This document shows positions 10,013 to 18,894 of a stretch of 64,000 nucleotides of DNA, in pieces. How positions within the stretch are numbered: position 1 is the stretch's first letter; each line of letters begins with the position of its first letter. The notes under the pieces are model-generated. The model was given only the letters and a program-made list of their open reading frames with translations. It had not been told where the DNA came from and ran no database searches. The position numbers and the translations under genes are program-made. This DNA comes from an uncultured Muribaculaceae bacterium (GTDB lineage: Bacteria > Cyanobacteriota > Vampirovibrionia > Gastranaerophilales > Gastranaerophilaceae): the NCBI GenBank assembly GCA_964572355.1, contig CAZNEN010000002.1:61168-125167 (forward strand), read 5' to 3'.

Positions 10013-11791
10013 AATGCTTTTTAATTTGTGACGTCCGTAATGAAGAGCATATAAAAAGAAATATTCATCGGGGGCAAAGAAAATATGTCCTCTTGACTTA
10101 TTTTCTTGTATATCTTTAATTATTAGTTCGTTAATTTCTTGTTTATTCATTCCTTTGGTACAAATATAATTACATTTTTGATCAAAACAATTCTTTTTGT
10201 TTATTTCTATATTTGAAATTCCCAAACGTTTATATTTTTTAAAAACGGGAGCCTTTTTGTCAAACCAGAAATTATGAATGAATAAAGTATCTATTATATC
10301 TTTCTGTGTTTTTGCATATGATAATGTACTGTTTGCTTCTTCTTTTGTTTCTGAAGGATAGCCTATGATTGCATAAATATAAGTATATATTCCTGCATTT
10401 GCAAAAAGTGAAATAGTATTATGTCTGTTATCGAATTTTATTCCTTTATTAAGCAGTTTATATATTCTTTCGGAGGCGGTTTCAAAGCCGAATTCTACCA
10501 GTCTTAGACCTGATTTATAGAACTTTTTGCATAATTCTTCAGAATATAATTTGTCTTCCAATCTTGCACAACAAATATATTTTATATTAAGTTTTCTTTT
10601 TATAATTTCATCCGCAAGTTTTGATAAATATGCAGGATGGAGAGCTTCATCAATAAATTCAAATATTTTAATATTATATTCTCTATTGAGAAATTCAATT
10701 TCGTTGACAACTTTTTCAGGTTTTTTAATCGTATATTTTTTTGGCGGATAATGAAGTCCGCAGAAAAGGCATTTACCCCAGTAACATCCTTTTGATGATT
10801 GTATTGGCATTATAATGTCAGGAGTGAAATATTTATCTAGTGATAATCCGTCTAAACACATTTGAGCCGCATTATTAATATTATATTCTAAATCAGGCTT
10901 TTTACTGATTATTTTCCCGTTTTTTTTATATATTAAGCCTTTTATGCCGCTTAAATTATTATTTTTTCCGGATAAATAATCCGCAAGCTGCACTATTGTT
11001 TTTTCTCCGAGCCCGACCATTACATAATCATAAAATATATCGAACGCTTCAGGCATATTTTTCAATTCATTATCTATTCTGGATATAATATTTCCTCCGA
11101 TGGAAATTTTTATATCGGATGTTTTTTTTAAAATTGCAGTTAATGTCAATGCAGGGATTATTTGTGTTTCATTGGGGCAGGAAATACAAACAAAATCATA
11201 TTTGTCAATGTCATATTCTTTTATTTTCTTTTTATAGAATTCATAAAAAATATTTTCATCCGTATTTTGAACGGTTTGATATTTTATACTGTTAAAATTC
11301 ACCTTATATAAAGGATTGTTATATGCGTTAAAATTACAAGAAGCAGGGGCATAAGGAAGCATTGCTATTTCAAATGCTTTATACATCTGCTTTGATATAT
11401 AATCCATTTTGTCTATATTATAGAAAGTTTTTTTATTTTTGTATTTCTTAAGATAATTATTTATATTATTTATAATTTTTAAATTTTCTTTTTCTTGTTT
11501 TAATTTTTTTTCAATTATTTTGCAGGTATAATAATGGATTTTATTATTTTCATCCGGCATATCGAATTTATAAGATTTTAAATAAGTAAGTTTTTCTTTT
11601 GCTTTTTCATATGAATTTCTTAGAAATTTTGAATTGAAAATGTAGTGAAAGAATTCAACGGATAAATCTAAAGATTTAACATTATACCCTGCCGCTTTCA
11701 ATTGTCCTGCAAGAAGCGGAGTTGATAAATACGGGCTGACAGGACTTGCGGGAGGAGGAAAAATAAGCAGTATTTTGTAGTTATTTTTCAT
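10004..11791 (-). CDS. B12-binding-domain radical SAM protein (class B-like), substrate unknown
   Basis: N-terminal Rossmann-like ILLIFPP...LLAGQLKAAGYNV (B12-binding-like). The Fe-S motif is GCYWGKCLFCG (Cx4Cx2C spacing as read). The body is a TIM-barrel-like radical SAM fold (FEFIDE, GFETAS). Confidence 0.7.
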   Translation of the reverse strand: MKNNYKILLIFPPPASPVSPYLSTPLLAGQLKAAGYNVKSLDLSVEFFHYIFNSKFLRNSYEKAKEKLTYLKSYKFDMPDENNKIHYYTCKIIEKKLKQEKENLKIINNINNYLKKYKNKKTFYNIDKMDYISKQMYKAFEIAMLPYAPASCNFNAYNNPLYKVNFNSIKYQTVQNTDENIFYEFYKKKIKEYDIDKYDFVCISCPNETQIIPALTLTAILKKTSDIKISIGGNIISRIDNELKNMPEAFDIFYDYVMVGLGEKTIVQLADYLSGKNNNLSGIKGLIYKKNGKIISKKPDLEYNINNAAQMCLDGLSLDKYFTPDIIMPIQSSKGCYWGKCLFCGLHYPPKKYTIKKPEKVVNEIEFLNREYNIKIFEFIDEALHPAYLSKLADEIIKRKLNIKYICCARLEDKLYSEELCKKFYKSGLRLVEFGFETASERIYKLLNKGIKFDNRHNTISLFANAGIYTYIYAIIGYPSETKEEANSTLSYAKTQKDIIDTLFIHNFWFDKKAPVFKKYKRLGISNIEINKKNCFDQKCNYICTKGMNKQEINELIIKDIQENKSRGHIFFAPDEYFFLYALHYGRHKLKSILQ

Positions 11792-11859
11792 ATTATGATG
11801 ATATCATAAATGCGGAGTACGATTAATCGTACCCCGCAAAAAATTTATTAGTTTTATTT

Positions 11860-12291
11860 TTAATTTGTTTCGTCATAATTTTGAGAGTCTGTTTTTATAA
11901 TATCAAAGTCAAATTTTTTCCATTCTTTAAAACCGCCTCTTAAAACTACTGCAGGATATTGTTTTTCGATTAAATCTAATGCTTTATTGTATGCTCTCGG
12001 ACAAGAATCGGAATAACTGTAAACTATTGTTACTTTATCTTTATCCAATATATCAAAATTTTTATCTTTTTCATCTTTATAAGGCAGATGAACGGCATAA
12101 GGAATATGTCCGTCCGTATAGTCATTATATTCGCGTACATCTGCTATATTAATTGTATTTATTCTGTTTGCAATAATATCATCTAAGGTATAGGGACCAA
12201 TTGTAAAAGATATAATATTTTCAAAAAATTTTTTGCCGCGTGATAAATCTTTTGTTATATCGCTGTGAAAAAACATATAAAATCCTTTCAT
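11860..12291 (-). CDS. Rhodanese-like domain protein
   Basis: DVREYNDYTDGHIPYAVHLP followed by the active-site-type loop VYSYSDSCPRAYN and a RGGFKEWK ending. This is single-domain rhodanese architecture. Confidence 0.7.
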   Translation of the reverse strand: MKGFYMFFHSDITKDLSRGKKFFENIISFTIGPYTLDDIIANRINTINIADVREYNDYTDGHIPYAVHLPYKDEKDKNFDILDKDKVTIVYSYSDSCPRAYNKALDLIEKQYPAVVLRGGFKEWKKFDFDIIKTDSQNYDETN

Positions 12292-12449
12292 CCAAGTTTA
12301 CAAAAATAATTTATATTAAATTTCTATAAAACAAATTACCTTATAAGATAAATGTTTTGTTTATATTTTTATAAATGAAGATTTTTAAGGAATGCCTGTT
12401 CTGTTTTACAGTAAATTTTTTGAACATTGTAAAAATATTCGTTTTTTCA

Positions 12450-12478
12450 TTGACTTTGATTTTGGTTAGTCGGATAAT
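12450..12478 (+). promoter_or_regulatory. Sigma70-like promoter of the pyr operon leader (TTGACT-17 nt-GATAAT)
   Basis: TTGACT at 12450-12455, a 17-nt spacer, and GATAAT at 12473-12478. It is the only near-consensus pair upstream of pyrK. Confidence 0.5.
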
Positions 12479-12500
12479 ACATGAAAATAAGGTTAATGTC

Positions 12501-12539
12501 ATGAGTGATTATTTGATAAAAATTGAATATAGTTTTTAA
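12501..12539 (+). CDS. Candidate 12-codon leader peptide (MSDYLIKIEYSF) of the pyr operon
   Basis: The ATG is preceded by AAGG 8 nt upstream. Its stop codon abuts the 5' arm of the terminator at 12540. This call is hypothetical. Confidence 0.3.
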   Translation: MSDYLIKIEYSF

Positions 12540-12572
12540 AGAGAAAAACATCTTTGTTTTTCTCTTTTTTTT
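12540..12572 (+). terminator. Intrinsic terminator / attenuator 31 nt upstream of pyrK
   Basis: AGAGAAAAAC-atcttt-GTTTTTCTCT is a perfect 10-bp stem followed by TTTTTTT. It lies between the predicted promoter and the first pyr gene. Confidence 0.7.
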
Positions 12573-12602
12573 AATAAAAAATTTAATTAGTGCGGAATAA
12601 TA

Positions 12603-13364
12603 ATGATTAAAGAAAAAATAAAAAAAATTCATAAAACAAAAGTTATAGGAATTGAGAAAGTATCAATAAATTCATATCTTTTAGAAATTGAATTTAAAAT
12701 ACCTCAAGAAATTAAAGCGGGACAATTTATATCCATTTACTGTGAAAATCATACTTTCAGGCGCCCATTTAGCGTATTTTCCTGTAATAACGGAAAAATC
12801 GGTATTCTCTTTAAAGAAAGAGGAAAAGGTACAAAATATATTAAATCATTGCAAGTTGGAGATTCAATAGATATAACCGGAGCATTCGGCAATGGATTTA
12901 GCATAAAAGATAAAAAAGCTTTATTGATAGGAGCAGGTATAGGTGCTGCTCCTATTGCATTTTTAAAATCAAAACTATGTGAAAAAAGTACGGAAAATAT
13001 GTTTATTGCAGGATTTTTAAATAAAGATGAAATTCCCTCCTGTATAAAGCCTGATATAACATATACCGATGACGGTTCATACGGAGAAAAAGGCAGTATT
13101 ATAACAGGCATTGAAAAAGCAATAAAAGACTACAGTCCTGAAATCATATATGCCTGCGGTCCTGAAATTGTTTTAAAGACAGCATCAAAAATCGGAGAAA
13201 AATATAATACGGAAATACAAATTGCTATGGAGAAAGTAATGGCTTGTTCTATAGGTGTCTGCAGAGGCTGCGTTATAAATATAAAGAAAAACGGAAATAT
13301 AGTAAATGCTGCTGTTTGTAAAGATGGTCCCGTATTTTTGGGGAGTGAGGTTGTATGGCAGTAG
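12603..13364 (+). CDS. pyrK: Dihydroorotate dehydrogenase B electron-transfer subunit
   Basis: RRPFS FAD motif, GAGIGAAP NAD-type loop, and C-terminal 2Fe-2S motif CSIGVCRGC...CKDGPVF. Confidence 0.9.
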   Translation: MIKEKIKKIHKTKVIGIEKVSINSYLLEIEFKIPQEIKAGQFISIYCENHTFRRPFSVFSCNNGKIGILFKERGKGTKYIKSLQVGDSIDITGAFGNGFSIKDKKALLIGAGIGAAPIAFLKSKLCEKSTENMFIAGFLNKDEIPSCIKPDITYTDDGSYGEKGSIITGIEKAIKDYSPEIIYACGPEIVLKTASKIGEKYNTEIQIAMEKVMACSIGVCRGCVINIKKNGNIVNAAVCKDGPVFLGSEVVWQ

Positions 13365-14281
13365 TAAACAGCGTTTTAAAAACCGATTTGAATGGTCTGA
13401 TTTTAAAAAATCCTGTAATGACCGCATCAGGTACATTTGGCTATGCAGATGAATATAATGATTTTATAGACGTTGAAAATCTCGGTGCAATAGTGACAAA
13501 AGCTATTTCTTTAATGCCGCGCGAAGGAAATAAACATACCAGGATTGCTGAAGCAAAAGCAGGCATGATAAATTCTATAGGACTTGAAAATGTCGGTATT
13601 GAAAGATTTCTGACGGATAAGGTTCCTGTTCTAAAAGAACATAACATAGAATTTATAGTTAATATTGCAGGTTCAACGCTTGACGAATATACTGAGTTGG
13701 CGAAAATATGTAATAACAATAACATTAAGGCAATAGAACTTAATGTATCATGCCCGAACGTTAAAACAGGCTGTCTTGAATTCGGAACGGAGGATAAATC
13801 TTTATATGAACTTGTTTCGGTGGTGAGAAAGGAATATAAAGGATTTTTGATAATAAAGCTGACCCCGAATGTTACGTCCGTTGAAAGTATAGGTATTGCA
13901 GTGGAAAAAGCAGGAGCTGATGCGGTAAGTGCAATAAATACTTTAAAAGGCACGTCAATAAAATTAAATATGATAAACGGAAAATTTTATAAAACGGTTA
14001 TACATGGCGGGTATTCTGGAGCAGGAATAAAACCTGTTGCGCTAAACGCAGTAAGCAGATTATCAAAAATTTTGAATATTCCGATTATCGGTATAGGCGG
14101 AATAGAAACACTTGAAGATGTGCTGGAATTTTTCGCGGCAGGTGCCGAAGCCGTTCAAATCGGAACAGCTAATTTTACACATCCGGATATTGCACAGAAC
14201 CTTGTGTTTGAACTTAAAGAATACATAATTAAGAACGGATTTAAAGATTTAGCGGAGTTAAAAAAAGAGTTGAGGGTATAA
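13355..14281 (+). CDS. pyrD: Dihydroorotate dehydrogenase B catalytic subunit (class 1B)
   Basis: NPVMTASGTFGY, IELNVSCPNV (Cys base), GGYSGAGIKP and IGIGGI. It overlaps pyrK by 10 nt. Confidence 0.92.
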   Translation: MAVVNSVLKTDLNGLILKNPVMTASGTFGYADEYNDFIDVENLGAIVTKAISLMPREGNKHTRIAEAKAGMINSIGLENVGIERFLTDKVPVLKEHNIEFIVNIAGSTLDEYTELAKICNNNNIKAIELNVSCPNVKTGCLEFGTEDKSLYELVSVVRKEYKGFLIIKLTPNVTSVESIGIAVEKAGADAVSAINTLKGTSIKLNMINGKFYKTVIHGGYSGAGIKPVALNAVSRLSKILNIPIIGIGGIETLEDVLEFFAAGAEAVQIGTANFTHPDIAQNLVFELKEYIIKNGFKDLAELKKELRV

Positions 14282-14285
14282 TAAA

Positions 14286-14861
14286 ATGACAAATGAAGTA
14301 TTGGATTTACTTGAACAGGCACAAGGGGTACTGCACGGGCATTTTTGCCTCACATCCGGACTGCACTCTAATATATATTTTCAATGTGCAAAATTGTATC
14401 AGTATCCGGAAATAACCGAACAACTCGGAAAAAAACTGGCTGAACAGTTACAAAACATAGAATATGATACAATTGTTGCTCCTGCAATAGGTGCTGTAAT
14501 AATCGGATATGAAACCGCAAAAAATGCGAAAAAACGAAATCTTTTTGTTGAAAGAAAAGACGGAATAATGTGTTTAAGACGCGGATATTCGCTTGAAAAA
14601 GGCGAAAAGGTCGTAATAATAGAAGATGTTATTACAACGGCAAGAACCATAAAAGAAACAATGGAAGCAATTAAAGAGTTTGAGCCGGAAATTGTTGCGG
14701 TTGGCTGCATAGTGGACAGAACTCAAGGCAAAACAGGCTATAATATTAAATCACTGCTGCAGATAGATCCTGTTGTTTATGAGCCGGATAAATGTCCTCT
14801 GTGTAAAGAAAAAATACCGCTTGTAAAACCCGGAAGCCGCGAAGAAAAGGCAAAAGTATAA
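14286..14861 (+). CDS. pyrE: Orotate phosphoribosyltransferase
   Basis: PRPP-binding loop VVIIEDVITTARTIKE. The size (191 aa) and operon context fit. Confidence 0.88.
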   Translation: MTNEVLDLLEQAQGVLHGHFCLTSGLHSNIYFQCAKLYQYPEITEQLGKKLAEQLQNIEYDTIVAPAIGAVIIGYETAKNAKKRNLFVERKDGIMCLRRGYSLEKGEKVVIIEDVITTARTIKETMEAIKEFEPEIVAVGCIVDRTQGKTGYNIKSLLQIDPVVYEPDKCPLCKEKIPLVKPGSREEKAKV

Positions 14862-15775
14862 TGGAACATTTAATTGACATAGAAAATATTTCTAAAGAAG
14901 ATATTTTAAATATAGTAAAGCTTGCAAAAGAGTTTAAAAAAGGAAGTAAAATAAGTGATATTTCAGGCAAAACACTTGCTCTGATGTTTTATGAAAATTC
15001 CACAAGGACAAGATGCAGTTTTGAAATAGCGGCAAAAAAGCTTTCCATGAACGTAATAAATTTTGATGCAGGGCATTCTTCGCTTTCAAAGGGCGAAAGC
15101 TTAAAAGATACAATTGAAAACTTGTATTTTCTTGGTGTAAACGCAGTGGTTATAAGGCATTCTCTTTCAGGTATAATAAATAACGTAATGCAGCTTGTAA
15201 AATATCCGATAAAATTTGTAAACGGCGGAGACGGTACGCATGCACATCCATCACAGGCTTTACTTGATTTTTATACTATGCTTGAAAAAATCGGAAGTGT
15301 CGAAAATAAGAAAATAACTATAATAGGGGACGTATCTCACAGCCGGGTTGCAAAATCAAATATAGCTCTTTTGTCTAAATTTGGTGCGAATATTCATCTT
15401 TGCGCTCCTACTTATCTTCAATTTGAAAAAATTGAAGCTTTTAATGTTAACTATCATAAAAATGTCAGGGAAGCAGTAGAAGGTGCTAATGTGGTTATGG
15501 TTTTAAGGGTTCAGAATGAGCGCCATGAAAAAGAAGGATATCCTGATTCAGCTGAATATAAAAGGCTTTATGAGATTGATACAAAGCTGTTAAAGCAGTA
15601 TGCGGCAGATAATGTAATATTAATGCATCCGGGACCTGCTAACAGGAATATAGAAGTATCATCGGAACTTTTGGATAATCAGCTGGGGAAAACGATATTA
15701 GAACAGGCACAAAACGGAGTATATGTCAGAATGGCAATCTTAAATATGTTGTTGGGAGATAAACATGCTTTTTAA
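14861..15775 (+). CDS. pyrB: Aspartate carbamoyltransferase catalytic subunit
   Basis: STRTRCSFE, HPSQALLD, MHPGP and the LRVQNER region match. No pyrI follows. Confidence 0.93.
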   Translation: MEHLIDIENISKEDILNIVKLAKEFKKGSKISDISGKTLALMFYENSTRTRCSFEIAAKKLSMNVINFDAGHSSLSKGESLKDTIENLYFLGVNAVVIRHSLSGIINNVMQLVKYPIKFVNGGDGTHAHPSQALLDFYTMLEKIGSVENKKITIIGDVSHSRVAKSNIALLSKFGANIHLCAPTYLQFEKIEAFNVNYHKNVREAVEGANVVMVLRVQNERHEKEGYPDSAEYKRLYEIDTKLLKQYAADNVILMHPGPANRNIEVSSELLDNQLGKTILEQAQNGVYVRMAILNMLLGDKHAF

Positions 15776-17039
15776 AAATGCTGAAATAGTAAATCCTAAA
15801 AATAATTTTCAGGGAAAATCAGATATAAGAATTGAAAACGGTTTAATAAGAGAAGTAGCCGTTAATATTATTCCTTTAAATAATGAAGAAGTTATTGATT
15901 TGACAGGAAAAATTATAATCCCCGGACTTGTTGATATACACTGCCATTTAAGAGAACCCGGATACAGTGCAAAAGAAACAATAAAAACAGGTATTTTGTC
16001 TGCAATTAACGGAGGATATACGGCAATATGTCCTATGGCAAATACTAATCCTGCTGTTGATAATGCGGCAACTTTAAACTATATAATAAGTAAAGCAAAA
16101 GAAGTAAGCGAAATAGGATTTTATCCGATATGTGCCGTAACAAAAGATCTTTCTGGAGAAAAAATCGTTAATGTATCAGAACTCCTTGACGGCGGTGCGA
16201 TTGCGTTTTCTGATGACGGAAAACCTCTTGAAAATGTGAAACTTTTGAGAGAAGCTTTAAGATATATAAATTCTCATAATTCTCTTATAATCTCGCATAG
16301 TGAAGATTCTTCATTAGCACAAGAAGGAGTCATTAATGAAGGAGTTAAAAGCACAAGGCTCGGACTAAAAGGTATTCCTGATATTACCGAGGCTTTGGCT
16401 GTTGCAAGGGAACTTGAAATTGTAAAAAATACAAACGGCAGATACCATTTTGCTCATATATCAACGAAACGCTCGGTTGAACTTATAAAAAGAGCAAAAG
16501 AAGAAGGCTTAAATGTTACGGCAGAAACCGCACCTCATTATTTTAGTCTTACGGAGGATGACATTATCGATTATGATGCGAGATTTAAAGTAAATCCGCC
16601 GTTAAGAACAAAAGAAGATTTAAATGCGATTATATCAGGGCTTCAAGATGGTACAATAGATGTGATTGCAACCGATCATGCGCCTCATACCGTTTATGAA
16701 AAACAGCTTCCGATTCAAAATGCCCCCATGGGAATTGCAGGTTTTGAAACGGCTCTTGCACTGGCTTTAACTAATCTTGTTCATACAAAAAAACTATCAT
16801 TTATTGATACAATAAGAAAATTTACATATAATCCGGTATCTGTTTTGAATATTCAAAATCAAGGAACAATTGAAGCAGGCACAGAAGCTAATTTGGCGGT
16901 TATTGATATTAATGAGGAATGGATTGTTGATGCTTCAAAGTTTAAATCCAAATGCAGAATTTCTCCTTTTGATAAAATGAAATTAAAAGGAAAAGTAAAA
17001 CAGACAATAATAAAAGGTAAAATATATAATATAGGATAG
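15765..17039 (+). CDS. pyrC: Dihydroorotase
   Basis: VDIHCHLREPG (HxH), ATDHAPH and FAHISTK match the amidohydrolase dihydroorotase pattern. Confidence 0.92.
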   Translation: MLFKNAEIVNPKNNFQGKSDIRIENGLIREVAVNIIPLNNEEVIDLTGKIIIPGLVDIHCHLREPGYSAKETIKTGILSAINGGYTAICPMANTNPAVDNAATLNYIISKAKEVSEIGFYPICAVTKDLSGEKIVNVSELLDGGAIAFSDDGKPLENVKLLREALRYINSHNSLIISHSEDSSLAQEGVINEGVKSTRLGLKGIPDITEALAVARELEIVKNTNGRYHFAHISTKRSVELIKRAKEEGLNVTAETAPHYFSLTEDDIIDYDARFKVNPPLRTKEDLNAIISGLQDGTIDVIATDHAPHTVYEKQLPIQNAPMGIAGFETALALALTNLVHTKKLSFIDTIRKFTYNPVSVLNIQNQGTIEAGTEANLAVIDINEEWIVDASKFKSKCRISPFDKMKLKGKVKQTIIKGKIYNIG

Positions 17040-17043
17040 AAAA

Positions 17044-18879
17044 ATGCAAATAAAACCCGAAATAAAAGAAAAAATAGTACTTGCACTCGATGTAGATACA
17101 CTGGAACAGGCAAAATCACTTATAACCGAGCTTAAAGAATACGTCGGTGTTTTTAAAGTGGGTTTGCAGCTTTATATGGGCTGCGGGTTTGAAGTTTTTA
17201 AATTTATGAAAGAGCAAAATATAAAATTCTTTTTTGATGTAAAACTTCATGATATTCCTAATACAGTGGCAAAAGCCTCTGAAAATGTAATAAGAAACGG
17301 TGCATCATTCTTTAATATTCATACAACAGGGGGAGAAGAAATGATGAGAGCGGCTCAAACGGCTGCAAGAAAAACAGCTGCAGAACTCGGAGCCGAAAAT
17401 CCCGTAATTTTGGGTGTTACTGTTCTTACAAGTATAAACGAAGACTGTTTGAAGAATGAACTTAAGATTCCTTATAAACCTGATGATTATGCGATACAGC
17501 TTGCATTAAGCGCAAAAAATGCCGGTCTGGACGGTGTTGTAGCCAGTGTTTGGGAGGCAAAGAAAATTAAGCAGGTTTGCGGTAAGAATTTTAAAGTATT
17601 ATGTCCCGGAATACGTCCCGAATGGTCGAATAAAAATGATCAAAAACGTCTTGCAACTCCGAGTATTGCCATAAAAGAAGGGGCAGACTATCTTGTTATA
17701 GGAAGGGCAGTTACAAGTGCAGAAGATAAAGTTAAAGCTATTCAAATGATATATGAAGAAATTGAAAATGCTATACTAACGCAGAATAAATCATATGCAA
17801 AATCAAAAGGTAAACTTATTCTTGAAAACGGAATGATTTTTGAAGGGGAGTCAATAGGCGCAGAAGGTATATCGTACGGAGAAATTGTTTTTAATACGTC
17901 AATGGTAGGTTATCAGGAAATTTTAACCGATCCTTCATACGCAGGTCAGACAATAGTTATGACCTACCCGGAAATAGGTAATTACGGTATAAATAAAGAT
18001 GATTTTGAAAGCGGGAAAATACACGCAAAAGGATTTATTGTTAAAAATATATGTGAACATGAATCTCACTATAAAAGCTATATATCACTTTCCGACTATT
18101 TGAAACAAAATAATATTATAGGGTTGAAGGGTATTGATACAAGATATCTTACCCAGATAATAAGAAACTACGGGGCAATGAACTGTGCTGTTACGACAGG
18201 AGATATTACTCCCGAAATTAAAGCAAAAGTGAAAGAATACAGAATAAGTAAGAATATTACGCTTGATGTAACAACATACAGAATTGAAAAATACTCAGGC
18301 AGCGGTATTAAACTTGCAGTTATTGACATGGGAATCAAAAAAAGCATTCTTGATAATTTTAAAGCTCTTAACTGTGATATAACCGTGTATCCTGCCGATG
18401 TTAAAGCTGATGAAATTCTGAATAATAATTTTGATGCCGTGTTAATATCAAATGGACCCGGTAATCCGGAAGATGCCGTTCAAGCAATTGAAACGGCAAA
18501 AAATCTACTCGGTAAAATAAGAATATTCGGTATTTGCCTGGGACATCAAATATTATCATTAGCGCTCGGGGCCGGAACATTTAAACTTAAATACGGACAC
18601 AGAGGCGGAAATCATCCCGTTATTAATTTAAAAACGAATGAGATATTTATTACTTCCCAAAATCATAGCTATGCGGTTGAAGAATCGTCACTTCCTGACT
18701 TTGTTGAAAAAACGTATATTAATCTTAACGATAATACAATAGAAGGGATTTGTTGTGACAAATATAAAATTAAGACCGTTCAATTCCATCCCGAATTAAC
18801 GGCAGGACCTTATGATGCAAATAAAATTATTACAAACTGGATAAAAGAAACGGAACAGGAAAAATTAATAATTGTATAG
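17044..18879 (+). CDS. pyrF/carA: Fusion protein: orotidine-5'-phosphate decarboxylase (N-terminal ~245 aa) + carbamoyl-phosphate synthase small (glutaminase) subunit
   Basis: N-terminal part: LALDV, FKVG, FFDVKLHDIPNT, LVIGRAV (PyrF). From about nt 17800: KLILENGMIFEGESIG..., FNTSMVGYQEILTDPSY, FGICLGHQ, VQFHPE (CarA triad). It is one uninterrupted 611-codon frame. Confidence 0.9.
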   Translation: MQIKPEIKEKIVLALDVDTLEQAKSLITELKEYVGVFKVGLQLYMGCGFEVFKFMKEQNIKFFFDVKLHDIPNTVAKASENVIRNGASFFNIHTTGGEEMMRAAQTAARKTAAELGAENPVILGVTVLTSINEDCLKNELKIPYKPDDYAIQLALSAKNAGLDGVVASVWEAKKIKQVCGKNFKVLCPGIRPEWSNKNDQKRLATPSIAIKEGADYLVIGRAVTSAEDKVKAIQMIYEEIENAILTQNKSYAKSKGKLILENGMIFEGESIGAEGISYGEIVFNTSMVGYQEILTDPSYAGQTIVMTYPEIGNYGINKDDFESGKIHAKGFIVKNICEHESHYKSYISLSDYLKQNNIIGLKGIDTRYLTQIIRNYGAMNCAVTTGDITPEIKAKVKEYRISKNITLDVTTYRIEKYSGSGIKLAVIDMGIKKSILDNFKALNCDITVYPADVKADEILNNNFDAVLISNGPGNPEDAVQAIETAKNLLGKIRIFGICLGHQILSLALGAGTFKLKYGHRGGNHPVINLKTNEIFITSQNHSYAVEESSLPDFVEKTYINLNDNTIEGICCDKYKIKTVQFHPELTAGPYDANKIITNWIKETEQEKLIIV

Positions 18880-18894
18880 AAAGAGATATAAAGT

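Noticed and set aside
13441-13953. Long antisense ORFs inside well-supported genes. Examples: 13441-13953 opposite pyrD, 12749-13111 opposite pyrK, 22236-22706 opposite aroA, 27685-28083 opposite trkH, 35156-35557 opposite the TPR gene, 25586-25906 opposite the FHA-membrane gene, and 41882-42208 opposite purM.
   Set aside because: Each lies entirely within a gene whose product carries clear family motifs. Their translations are low-complexity (S/F/I/L/P-rich) with no motifs. They are typical shadow frames.
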